In this document: positions 8,486 through 15,975 of the stretch, in pieces
How positions within the stretch are numbered: position 1 is the first letter of the stretch
Layout: every line of letters begins with the position of its first letter
The notes under the pieces: model-generated
Seen by the model: only the letters and a program-made list of their open reading frames with translations
Database searches by the model: none
Told to the model about the DNA's origin: nothing
Assembly (NCBI RefSeq): GCF_005696695.1
Contig: NZ_CP040006.1
Span: 2,328,134-2,360,133 of the forward strand
Source of the DNA: Schaalia odontolytica
GTDB lineage: Bacteria > Actinomycetota > Actinomycetes > Actinomycetales > Actinomycetaceae
DNA length: 32,000 bases
Direction: 5' to 3'
Translations under genes and position numbers: made by a program

Positions 8486-9687
8486 AGTTGGGTGTGGGTG
8501 ACAGGTGTTGGTCGGGGGTTACAGATAGAGGTTGAGTTTCTTGATGATGAGCGGGCTTCAATCCCCGCCTTCTCCAAGGACCCAAGTGGTGTCTTACCCT
8601 GCCTGATGTTGTTCTGCTTCGCTTGACCGGTGCAAGCGGTTTGATCTGCTCGTTGGGATGGAGGGTTTCCACCTCACAGGTGCAGCGCACTGCCAAGGGA
8701 TCATGGTGCAGGATACTGAGTCGTGCAACCAGGTGGTGGGATGTCCTGAGTGTGGGGTAATTGCACAGGGCCATAAACGAGTGTAGGTGGAGATGATTGA
8801 CGCGCCGTGGGCCGGGACGCGGACGCGGGTTAGGCGGGACAATACGGCGCTGGTGCTGCCGCGAAAACGCCTGTCAGACGGTGACGTTCGTGGAGCACAA
8901 TATGCGCGTGTGTGCCCTCAAGACGCGTGTAGATGTGCGGGCAATTCGGTGAGCGATCCGTCAGTTGCGCTTTTTGGGAGCCACCATCGCATATCTGGCC
9001 CGCCAGCTAAGCACGGGCGTAACACCGTGTGGTCCTAAATCAAATCCCTCTTCCAAGCTGCGGCCGATCATCCCGACCGTTTCGCAGGCGTGCGGGCTCT
9101 AGGGGTGGATGAACACGTGTAGCACCACCAGAACAGACGCCAACGCGGCCCCATAGGCTCACCGGTATCAAAACTCACCCGAGGAGAGACCACACCGCAG
9201 CCCACTTGCTGGACCTGGTCCCAGGCAGGTCTGGAACCATGTACAAGAACTGGCTGGCCAAGCGCGGCGAGCAGTTTCGCTCCGGCATCCAGCTCATGAC
9301 ACTGGACCCCTTCCACGGGCAGCACACACGCCATCGATTACCAACTCTAAGACGCCACCAGCGCCTCCAATGCCTTCCATGCCGATGAGGCGCACATCAG
9401 TGTCCAAGTCGCCTACTGTTACGATCAGCAAGGCCGAGGTTTACCAGACTGCCCCGTCCCCGAGCTTGCTCGCCAAAGGGTAAACCTTGGGGCGACGAAA
9501 AAAGGCGTTCTCGGCCTACTTCGACACCGACCGAGCAAACAACGGACCCACGGAAGCCACCAATAGAATCCTAGAACTAGGCATACGAAACGCCAGAGGC
9601 TACCGCAACCCGACCAACTACCAACTCCGAATGCCCCTCATCGCAAGAGGCTTAGACGCCTCCACCCACACCCAACTATGAAGAGCC
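8475..9687 (+). mobile_element. ISL3-family insertion sequence, ends intact, transposase frameshifted and internally deleted (pseudogene)
   Basis: A 22-bp perfect terminal inverted repeat 'tcttcatagttgggtgtgggtg' lies at 8479-8500, with its reverse complement at 9663-9684. Both are preceded by ISL3-like 'ggc'. Plus-strand fragments in three frames match ISL3 transposase: 'VVGCPECGVIAQGH', 'MIDAPWAGTRTRV', 'LLDLVPGRSGTMYKNWLAKRGEQFRSGIQLMTLDPFHG' and 'NNGPTEATNRILELGIRNARGYRNPTNYQLRMPLIA'. Confidence 0.8.
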
Positions 9688-9848
9688 ACATCACCCGAGC
9701 ACTCCTCGAAACAGGAGGATTCAGAACCCAACTACACCCCAATTATCAAGAGCCCCGAATAGCACACAACAGTCCTGGGCAGAATAACCAGACCATAACG
9801 ATCCAGTGTTCCAAGATCTTTGGTCTCCTACCCCTACGAGACAATATT

Positions 9849-9876
9849 GCCTCCGCGCGGACATCCGCGCGGAGGC
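9849..9876 (-). terminator. Intrinsic terminator hairpin downstream of the 9899-10828 membrane-protein gene
   Basis: Perfect 12-bp stem 'gcctccgcgcgg' / 'ccgcgcggaggc' with a 4-nt loop, 23 nt past the stop codon. It is followed on the minus strand by the A/T-rich 'aatattgt'. Confidence 0.6.
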
Positions 9877-9898
9877 GGCACCATGATTGGGATTGGCA

Positions 9899-10828
9899 CT
9901 AGCTGAGCCAGGTTGGCTGCACGTAGCGGAAGAGCACGACGATCAGCGCTGGCACGCAGGCAAGCAGCAGGGCACCCAGGATGTAGTGCCAGCCCGGAAC
10001 GGGAAGATGATCAACAAACCAGGTAGTGACTCCGCCCGCACGGCGCGTGGCAAGTCGGCGCTCTAGGAACTCTCGAATCATCATCGCAAGAGCAAAGAAG
10101 CAGAGCACAGCCGTCACGAGCATCGCCATGAAGGCCACTGAAACATAGGGGAAGGCTTGTTCAGCACTGAGGAGATGGAAGGCATCGGCGAACGGTACCA
10201 GCTTCTCATCCCCGGCAGCTTCAGACAGCATTCGGCTTAGATCCGGCATCGACAGTCCGGACTTTCCTGTGGACAAGGTGAAGGACGACCAGTAGGTCGC
10301 GTAGGCAGAGGTAACCGCGAAGATACTTGCAACGATGGAGGAGCGAAGAGGCTTCGACACGTGCCTACTCCGCAACGATAGGCCTGTAGTCAGCAATGAC
10401 ATCGTCATCAAGAACACGGAAGTGATGACGAGGATACCCACCAGAATCTCGTAGTACCTCATGAGGAAGATAGCAATGACGACGAAGGCAGCAAAGCCAA
10501 GGCCAATCATCAGCCACATGTCCCCATCGCTATCGGCCCTCGCCGACCTGCTCTCACCGGCGACAGTCACATGTGTCGAGTTGTCGTCACCAATATGCGT
10601 ATAGTTTCGATCGCCGGCAACCATGGCGACATCACCATTCGCTGCCATCACCTGTTGGGTTACGGCGCCTCGTCCTGATGCTGTAGGTTCCGGAGCCATT
10701 GAGCCATCCGGGACCAGTTTCGCAAGAATGATCCCGGAGACAACGCCTGACACAACGCCAATCACAAGTTCAACAATCCAAGACACGGTCTTTCCTTTCT
10801 TATCGATCGCGGTCTTCATCGACAGCAT
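9899..10828 (-). CDS. Polytopic membrane protein (about 6 TM segments), unknown function
   Basis: 309-aa ORF. It has an N-terminal TM 'WIVELVIGVVSGVVSGIILAKLV', a soluble 'GDVAMVAGDRNYTHIGDDNSTHVTVAG' stretch, then five hydrophobic helices (e.g. 'MWLMIGLGFAAFVVIAIFLM', 'FPYVSVAFMAMLVTAVLCFFALAMMI'). Start is ATG 10828 or 10819. Confidence 0.65.
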   Translation of the reverse strand: MLSMKTAIDKKGKTVSWIVELVIGVVSGVVSGIILAKLVPDGSMAPEPTASGRGAVTQQVMAANGDVAMVAGDRNYTHIGDDNSTHVTVAGESRSARADSDGDMWLMIGLGFAAFVVIAIFLMRYYEILVGILVITSVFLMTMSLLTTGLSLRSRHVSKPLRSSIVASIFAVTSAYATYWSSFTLSTGKSGLSMPDLSRMLSEAAGDEKLVPFADAFHLLSAEQAFPYVSVAFMAMLVTAVLCFFALAMMIREFLERRLATRRAGGVTTWFVDHLPVPGWHYILGALLLACVPALIVVLFRYVQPTWLS

Positions 10829-11115
10829 CTGACTGTCAAGCAGAGAGTAAGGTCAGCCATATACATCTGCGTACGGGCGTCAAACACCAGGCTTGTACTC
10901 ACTGCTCTGCAAGGACATTTCCAGGGCCAAAACAAGAAGCCCAACCCCAACGCACAATTGTGCGTTTCTGAGAGTTTGGATGGGAGGATTTGCGTGATGG
11001 TTGCGCAGCATTCTTGGTGTTTCGTGTCGGTTCTGCGCGTACCCTGATGAGAAAGGACGCACCCCCAAGGGTGGGGGCGCGCCGGAGGACACCTCACCGT
11101 GGAGGCACACACACC

Positions 11116-11916
11116 ATGAAGGTCCCACCCCTATCCGAGCAACCCGTCACCGAGGAAGAAGAGCACGCCTTCCTCGACCCGACGTCACGCCGCAAGAAGA
11201 GCTCCCTAGCAGACAGGAGAGCAGCACTACGCCCGTGGGCAATGGGTATCGGACTCACCGTACTGGTGGCTATGGCAGCTGTTGGTGCCTACACACTGGG
11301 TGCGAGCATCGGCTCGTGGAACGATCATCCCAGTGCCGCCGCAACACCCACCGTGCACCCCGCGCCCGCACCATCAGCATCCAGTGAACCTCCGATGTCA
11401 GGCGGCTACGAGATCGGCCCCGACGGCGTCCTCGTGCGACCCGCCGAGTACGCGGCAGACACCTACACCAAGCCGGAGCTGCCCGAAGAAGCCAAGGAAA
11501 ACACCGAACGCGGCGCCGAAGCCGCGGCGGAACACTACCTCGCGCTGCTTGTTTACGCGTGGAACACCGGAGACACTCAACCATTCGCGGATATGTCCTC
11601 CCCATCATCACAGTTTGCATCGGCTATTGTCCGAGACATTAACGAACGATATGGCAGTGGATGGACATACGGAATGGAATCGAACATCACACATATCCTT
11701 CGCGTTGAGCCGATTGAAGCAAACGGCAAAGATATTCCCGAAGGTTCTATCGTTGTGAAATATCGTGTCGATTCATACGACGGAACGTACTGCACCAAGA
11801 CGAAAGTGCACACCGCCACCTCGAGGTATAAATCCACGTTGACCCTGATCATGACATGGCGCGACGGACAGTGGGTTGAAACGCAGGGAAGATTTGCCGG
11901 TGATGAGAAAGAATAA
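11116..11916 (+). CDS. Membrane-anchored DUF6318-like protein
   Basis: ATG at 11116 follows GGAGG at 11101-11105. There is one TM segment 'WAMGIGLTVLVAMAAVGAYTL' and a Pro/Ala/Ser linker. 'AEAAAEHYLALLVYAWNTGDTQPFADMSSPSS..FASAIVRDINERYGSGW' resembles the DUF6318 signature (xYxxxAxxTGDxxPL). The upstream part of the track ORF (from 10990) is Arg-rich and unlikely to be translated. Confidence 0.6.
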   Translation: MKVPPLSEQPVTEEEEHAFLDPTSRRKKSSLADRRAALRPWAMGIGLTVLVAMAAVGAYTLGASIGSWNDHPSAAATPTVHPAPAPSASSEPPMSGGYEIGPDGVLVRPAEYAADTYTKPELPEEAKENTERGAEAAAEHYLALLVYAWNTGDTQPFADMSSPSSQFASAIVRDINERYGSGWTYGMESNITHILRVEPIEANGKDIPEGSIVVKYRVDSYDGTYCTKTKVHTATSRYKSTLTLIMTWRDGQWVETQGRFAGDEKE

Positions 11917-12841
11917 ACCCTATACGTCTAGGGCCATCTATACTCTAGCCGTATGTCTTTGTCTTACTTTCATTCCCAGTGCGGGATGGGCGTTTGGCGA
12001 AGCTGACGTGCAACTAAACAATTACACCGAAGGCGAAAACGCAGTAATTCAGGGGCTACTCGGTGACAACGAACCTGATCCCGGCACCCCTTTCGGAAAT
12101 CATAAACCGGCTGACGATATCCCTAGACTCACAAACTTGTTCGACACGAGCCCTGCTGCGCAGACATACGAAGACGCGGCACGCTGTAAGAACGTGTACG
12201 TCAATAGAGCTCCCAACAGCCCCACGGTCTCCGACGACGATACTGTCGATAACTGCCCACTCCCGTCAGACCCTGAGGGAGACTCCAATCAAGACCCAGG
12301 CCGCGTGCCCTCGACACGAGACCTCCTCTACCTAGCCACTGCCGTCATCCACGCCGACGGCGCCGGTCTCTACAAGCGGCCCGAGGGTGTGTCCTACACG
12401 AATAAGTACATCCCGACGATCGTCTCGGCTACGCGCCCCACGCAAACACACGTAGTGACGATGTTCGGCCGCGAGGTCACCGTGACATTCACAGCCACGT
12501 CCTACACGTGGAGCTGGGGTGACGGGACCCCGGATCTGACCACGACCTCGCCGGGGATGCCCTGGCAAGAAGGCATGGACCCCAACACTGACCCCGCCCT
12601 GATCCGTCACTACTACAAGGCGCCGAACGGGTGGAAGTCCTTCCTGGATGGGCCTTACCCCTCCGCAACGCGCACCATCACACTGACCACGACCTGGGCG
12701 GGCACGGCCACCAACCCCTTCACCGGTGACACTCAGACCATCAACGGCTTGGTCACCACCACGGAAACGACCGGCCCATTCAAGCTCGACCAACTCATCG
12801 TCAACAACACCGACACTTCAGAAGAAAAACAAGGCCACTAA
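11903..12841 (+). CDS. Secreted protein with a PKD-like domain
   Basis: Start is ATG 11903 (or GTG 11900), overlapping the upstream gene by 14 nt. The signal peptide is 'MRKNKPYTSRAIYTLAVCLCLTFIPSAGWAFG'. The PKD-like hallmark is 'YTWSWGDGTP...IRHYYKAPNG...TITLTTTW'. Confidence 0.6.
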   Translation: MRKNKPYTSRAIYTLAVCLCLTFIPSAGWAFGEADVQLNNYTEGENAVIQGLLGDNEPDPGTPFGNHKPADDIPRLTNLFDTSPAAQTYEDAARCKNVYVNRAPNSPTVSDDDTVDNCPLPSDPEGDSNQDPGRVPSTRDLLYLATAVIHADGAGLYKRPEGVSYTNKYIPTIVSATRPTQTHVVTMFGREVTVTFTATSYTWSWGDGTPDLTTTSPGMPWQEGMDPNTDPALIRHYYKAPNGWKSFLDGPYPSATRTITLTTTWAGTATNPFTGDTQTINGLVTTTETTGPFKLDQLIVNNTDTSEEKQGH

Positions 12842-12847
12842 AGCACT

Positions 12848-12881
12848 GAGGCCCCAGCCCACCATCGTGGGCTGGGGCCTC
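12848..12881. terminator. Bidirectional terminator hairpin between convergent genes
   Basis: 13-bp perfect stem 'gaggccccagccc' / 'gggctggggcctc' with an 8-nt loop, starting 7 nt after the stop at 12841. It lies between a plus-strand gene end and the minus-strand permease end. Confidence 0.6.
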
Positions 12882-12889
12882 AACGTCAG

Positions 12890-12905
12890 TGTTTCACGTG
12901 AAACA
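12890..12905. other. parS: parS centromere-like ParB-binding site (16/16 match to TGTTTCACGTGAAACA)
   Basis: Exact palindrome 'tgtttcacgtgaaaca', intergenic, 9 nt after the terminator hairpin. Confidence 0.85.
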
Positions 12906-13008
12906 GTCGCCGACGATCGGCGCGATTAGAAGCGAAACAGGGTTCGGAGAGACGGGACGGCAGTCAGCCCCACCAGCTCAGGTATGCGAACACCCCAGGC
13001 CCAGACAG

Positions 13009-13923
13009 TCACCCCTGCCTCTCGCGCAATGTCCGCGCGAGGAGGCCGTGCCTCGGCGCGAAGAGCCAGGCGAGCACGAAGCAGGCGGTCAGCACGAGGA
13101 CGATCGTGGCGCCCGTGGGCACGTCCAGCGCCCACGACAGGTACAGGCCCACCAGGCCCCCGGAAGCCCCGAGCACGGGTGACAGGATCATCATGGTCCC
13201 CAGACGGTCGCACAGGAGCCGCGCGGTGGCCGCGGGGGTCACGAGGAGGGCCAGCACCAGGACGTTGCCGATCGTCTGCACGGAGATAACGACGGCCAGG
13301 GCCACGGCAACATACAGAGACAGGTCGGCCAGCAGCACGTGCACGCCCGCCGCCCGGGCGCTCTCGCGGTCCAGGGTCACGGCGACGATGGGCCGGTGCG
13401 CCAGGAACAGCATGAGCAACACGAACAACGCGCCAGCCAGCACCACGGGCACATCCGACGCCGGGATGCCCGTGATCGACCCGAACAGGAAGTCCTGCAG
13501 GCTGCCCGCATACCCGGGCGCCCGCGCAATGATCGCGACGCCGAGCGCAAAAGCGCCGACGAAGAGCACGCCAATGACGGAGTCCTCCTTGAGCCGCCGA
13601 TTCTGCGCCAACAAGGCCACGAGCACGGCGGTCACGACGCCCGCGAGCGCCCCGCCGAACACCAGGGACCCGCCGCACACGAAGGCGATCGCCAGGCCGG
13701 GGAACACGGAGTGCGCGACGGCGTCGCCGATGAACGCCATGCCGCGCAGGACGACGTGCACGCCGACGCTGCCGCACACGAGCGCGGCGACGACCGCGAT
13801 GAGCAGCGCGCGCGGCAGGAACGCCAGCGCGGGATTCGTCAGGTCGCGGAAGAAGTCGTAGGGGCTCAGGAAGTCCGCCGCCGCGGCGAGACCACCCCCG
13901 GCCGCGTGGATCACGGTGCTCAT
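13009..13923 (-). CDS. Metal ABC transporter permease (ABC-3/ZnuB-TroC family; anchored-repeat-type transporter permease)
   Basis: 304-aa highly hydrophobic ORF with ABC-3 family features ('GMAFIGDAVAHSVFPGLAIAF', 'VVISVQTIGNVLVLALLVTPAATA'). Its ATG overlaps the ATPase stop (ATGA at 13920-13923). Confidence 0.85.
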   Translation of the reverse strand: MSTVIHAAGGGLAAAADFLSPYDFFRDLTNPALAFLPRALLIAVVAALVCGSVGVHVVLRGMAFIGDAVAHSVFPGLAIAFVCGGSLVFGGALAGVVTAVLVALLAQNRRLKEDSVIGVLFVGAFALGVAIIARAPGYAGSLQDFLFGSITGIPASDVPVVLAGALFVLLMLFLAHRPIVAVTLDRESARAAGVHVLLADLSLYVAVALAVVISVQTIGNVLVLALLVTPAATARLLCDRLGTMMILSPVLGASGGLVGLYLSWALDVPTGATIVLVLTACFVLAWLFAPRHGLLARTLRERQG

Positions 13924-14639
13924 GCGCGCACTCCTAGGGCGTCAAGGATCGGGTTGTCGGGTCGCACGTCGAAGGCGCGGATCCACGGGTCGGCGTCGGC
14001 CAGCTCCTCGGGCCGCCCGGAGGCGACGATCGTGCGCCGCAGCAGGTACAGGCGGTCGCAGCCGGCGCGCGCGCCGATGAGGTCGTGCGTGGTCATAAGG
14101 AGGGCACGCCCCCCGTCCGCGAGCGCGCGGAACAGGTCCATGAGCATCTCCTGCGTGGGCATGTCGAGGCCGGTGAAAGGCTCGTCGAGGAGCAGCACAG
14201 CGGGCCGGATCGCGAGTGCCCGGGCGACGAGGACGCGCTGGCGCTGCCCACCGGACAGCTCGCCGATGGGGCGCTTGGCGAGGTCGCGCATGCCCACGAG
14301 GGACAGGGCCTCCTCGACCGCGCGGAAGTGCGGGGTCCGTGCGCGCCCGAGCAGGCCTCGTCGCACGGTGACGGCCTGGAGGACGGCGTCGCGCACGCTG
14401 ATCGGGAAGTCCCACGCGAACTCGTGCCGCTGCGGCACGTACCCGATCGCGCCGTCGGTCTCGACGCGCCCACTGGAGGGAATCAAGCCCAGGATCGAGC
14501 GGATCAGCGTGGTCTTTCCGGCGCCGTTGGGTCCGATGAGGCCGACGAGCTCCCCTGCCTCGACCTCCAGGTCGACGCCCTCGAGGACACTGCGCCCGCC
14601 CAAGGACGCGCCCACTCCGGTGACGCGCAGCTGGCTCAC
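13920..14639 (-). CDS. Metal ABC transporter ATP-binding protein (ZnuC/TroB-like; anchored-repeat-type)
   Basis: Walker A 'GPNGAGKTT', signature 'LSGGQRQRV', Walker B 'LLLDEP', H-loop 'TTHD'. GTG start at 14639 overlaps the upstream stop (GTGA). Confidence 0.9.
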   Translation of the reverse strand: MSQLRVTGVGASLGGRSVLEGVDLEVEAGELVGLIGPNGAGKTTLIRSILGLIPSSGRVETDGAIGYVPQRHEFAWDFPISVRDAVLQAVTVRRGLLGRARTPHFRAVEEALSLVGMRDLAKRPIGELSGGQRQRVLVARALAIRPAVLLLDEPFTGLDMPTQEMLMDLFRALADGGRALLMTTHDLIGARAGCDRLYLLRRTIVASGRPEELADADPWIRAFDVRPDNPILDALGVRA

Positions 14640-15694
14640 TGCTCCCCTCCCCGATCGTCGAGGCCGGGGCCGCGCTCGCCCGAGCCCTCACCGCGGGCGG
14701 TGGGCAGGGGCGCGAGGATGGAGTCGGCCTCGGCGATGGCGGCGGCCTGTTCGGCGCGGCTGCGGCGCGAGCGCGCCACCACGAGGGCGCCGATCACGAG
14801 GAGGGACGCCGCGGCGACAGCGATGATCGCGAGGAAGGCCCAGTCGGGCAGCCCGCCCGGCGCGGCACCCGAAGCGGAGGAAGAGGACGCGGGGGCGGCC
14901 CCGGAAGCAGCGGGCGCGGCGCCAGAGGAAGAAGCGGACGCCCCCGCCGAAGCGGAATCAGCAACGGCGGGCGCGGCCATGGCCAGGGCCTCGGACGCGG
15001 AGGCGGCGTCACCGACGGCGAAGCGTAGGGTCGTGGAAGCGCTGACGGCCTCACCAGCGGTGGTCGTGCCGAGGAAGGTCACGGTCGCCGTGTAGGTGCC
15101 GGGCGCGGAGAACGCCCAGTTGGCGTGCACGTGCGTGCCCGAGTCGATCCACACGTCGCCGGGTGCCGCGCCCGAGTCGGCGAGCAGGAGGGGCTTGCCA
15201 AAGGTGCCGGACTGCAGGAACAGCCACGCGCGGCCGGGGCCGGACACGGGGCCGACGCGCATGGTGAGGCCGCGGTCGATGGTGGCGGTGACGGCGGGGT
15301 CCTGCGTGTTCCAGCCGAGCCACACGACGCCAGGGTTCTGCGTCTGGGGAACGACGTACACGGGCTTGCCGGCAACGTCGGCCAGGAACGGGTAATCGTC
15401 GGAGTCGGGCGCGGTCATGATGGCCGCATCATTGACCCGCAGGACGGTCTGGTTGGGGTCACGCCACACGGCGCCGGTCTCGGCGTCGTGGCGCAGTCCG
15501 GCCCGCCACTGCCCGTCGATCAGTCGGGGGCCGAGGTCGACGTGCCCAACGCTGATCTCGCTGGCCTCATTCGACCACTCCTCGTGCGCGGCAACGCTCT
15601 GCGCGAGGTCGGGGTCGGGACTCGGGTCAGCAAAAGAAGAGGGCGCACCCACGATGACGAGGAACGCCGACACAAGCAGAGCGCTCAGAGACAT
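14636..15694 (-). CDS. Surface protein with one actinobacterial 'anchored repeat' domain, an Ala/Ser-rich linker and a C-terminal TM anchor
   Basis: The signal peptide 'MSLSALLVSAFLVIVGAPSSFA' begins at ATG 15694. Domain motifs are 'VGHVDLGP', 'VVWLGWNTQ' and 'THVHANWAFSAPGTYTATVTF'. The linker 'SASAGASASSSGAAPAASGAAPASSSS' is followed by the TM 'WAFLAIIAVAAASLLVIGALVVA' and a charged tail. An alternative in-frame ATG at 15979 overlaps the SBP stop (ATGA) but would add about 95 Arg/Pro-rich residues ahead of the signal peptide. Confidence 0.7.
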   Translation of the reverse strand: MSLSALLVSAFLVIVGAPSSFADPSPDPDLAQSVAAHEEWSNEASEISVGHVDLGPRLIDGQWRAGLRHDAETGAVWRDPNQTVLRVNDAAIMTAPDSDDYPFLADVAGKPVYVVPQTQNPGVVWLGWNTQDPAVTATIDRGLTMRVGPVSGPGRAWLFLQSGTFGKPLLLADSGAAPGDVWIDSGTHVHANWAFSAPGTYTATVTFLGTTTAGEAVSASTTLRFAVGDAASASEALAMAAPAVADSASAGASASSSGAAPAASGAAPASSSSASGAAPGGLPDWAFLAIIAVAAASLLVIGALVVARSRRSRAEQAAAIAEADSILAPLPTARGEGSGERGPGLDDRGGEQ

Positions 15695-15975
15695 GCCAAG
15701 GCGCGCGAAGCGCGACGAGGTGCTGGCAGGACACCCGCTCGGTCCCGTGGGCGACGACAGGGCCTGGCTGGGCTTGCAGAAAGGCCTCCGGCTAGCCCCG
15801 GGGGCGGCGGCGGGGCCTGGCCGGGCTTCGAGATCGACCACTCCGAGCGAAGCTCGCGTGTGGCGATCTCGCGGGCGGGCCGCCGCCACCGGGGCGTAGA
15901 GCCGGCGGCCGTCCTCGCAGGCAAAGAGCCGGCGGGCGACGCCTCGGCCGGAAGTCGGGCGAGAAGAGAAGGATT

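Noticed and set aside
8391-8774. 127-aa minus-strand ORF within the ISL3 element
   Set aside because: It is antisense to the recognisable ISL3 transposase fragments, has a His/Pro/Arg-rich composition and has no support.
10816-11128. Short minus-strand ORFs (82-98 aa) in the divergent intergenic region 10829-11115
   Set aside because: They are Cys/Arg/Pro-rich with no SD and overlap the likely promoter region of two divergent genes.
12889-13182. ORFs beginning 'MFHVK(Q/H)...' (12889-13182; also 24451-24918 and within 26771-27481)
   Set aside because: The ATG and first codons are created by the parS palindrome (aTGTTTCACGTGAAACA). The downstream sequence is non-coding or antisense.
12926-14826. 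Several 250-495 aa ORFs (12926-13777 minus, 13106-13861 plus, 13339-14826 plus, 13942-14691 minus, 14085-15095 plus) overlapping the permease and ATPase genes
   Set aside because: These are off-frame or antisense translations rich in Arg/Pro/Ala. The permease and ATPase frames carry the family motifs.
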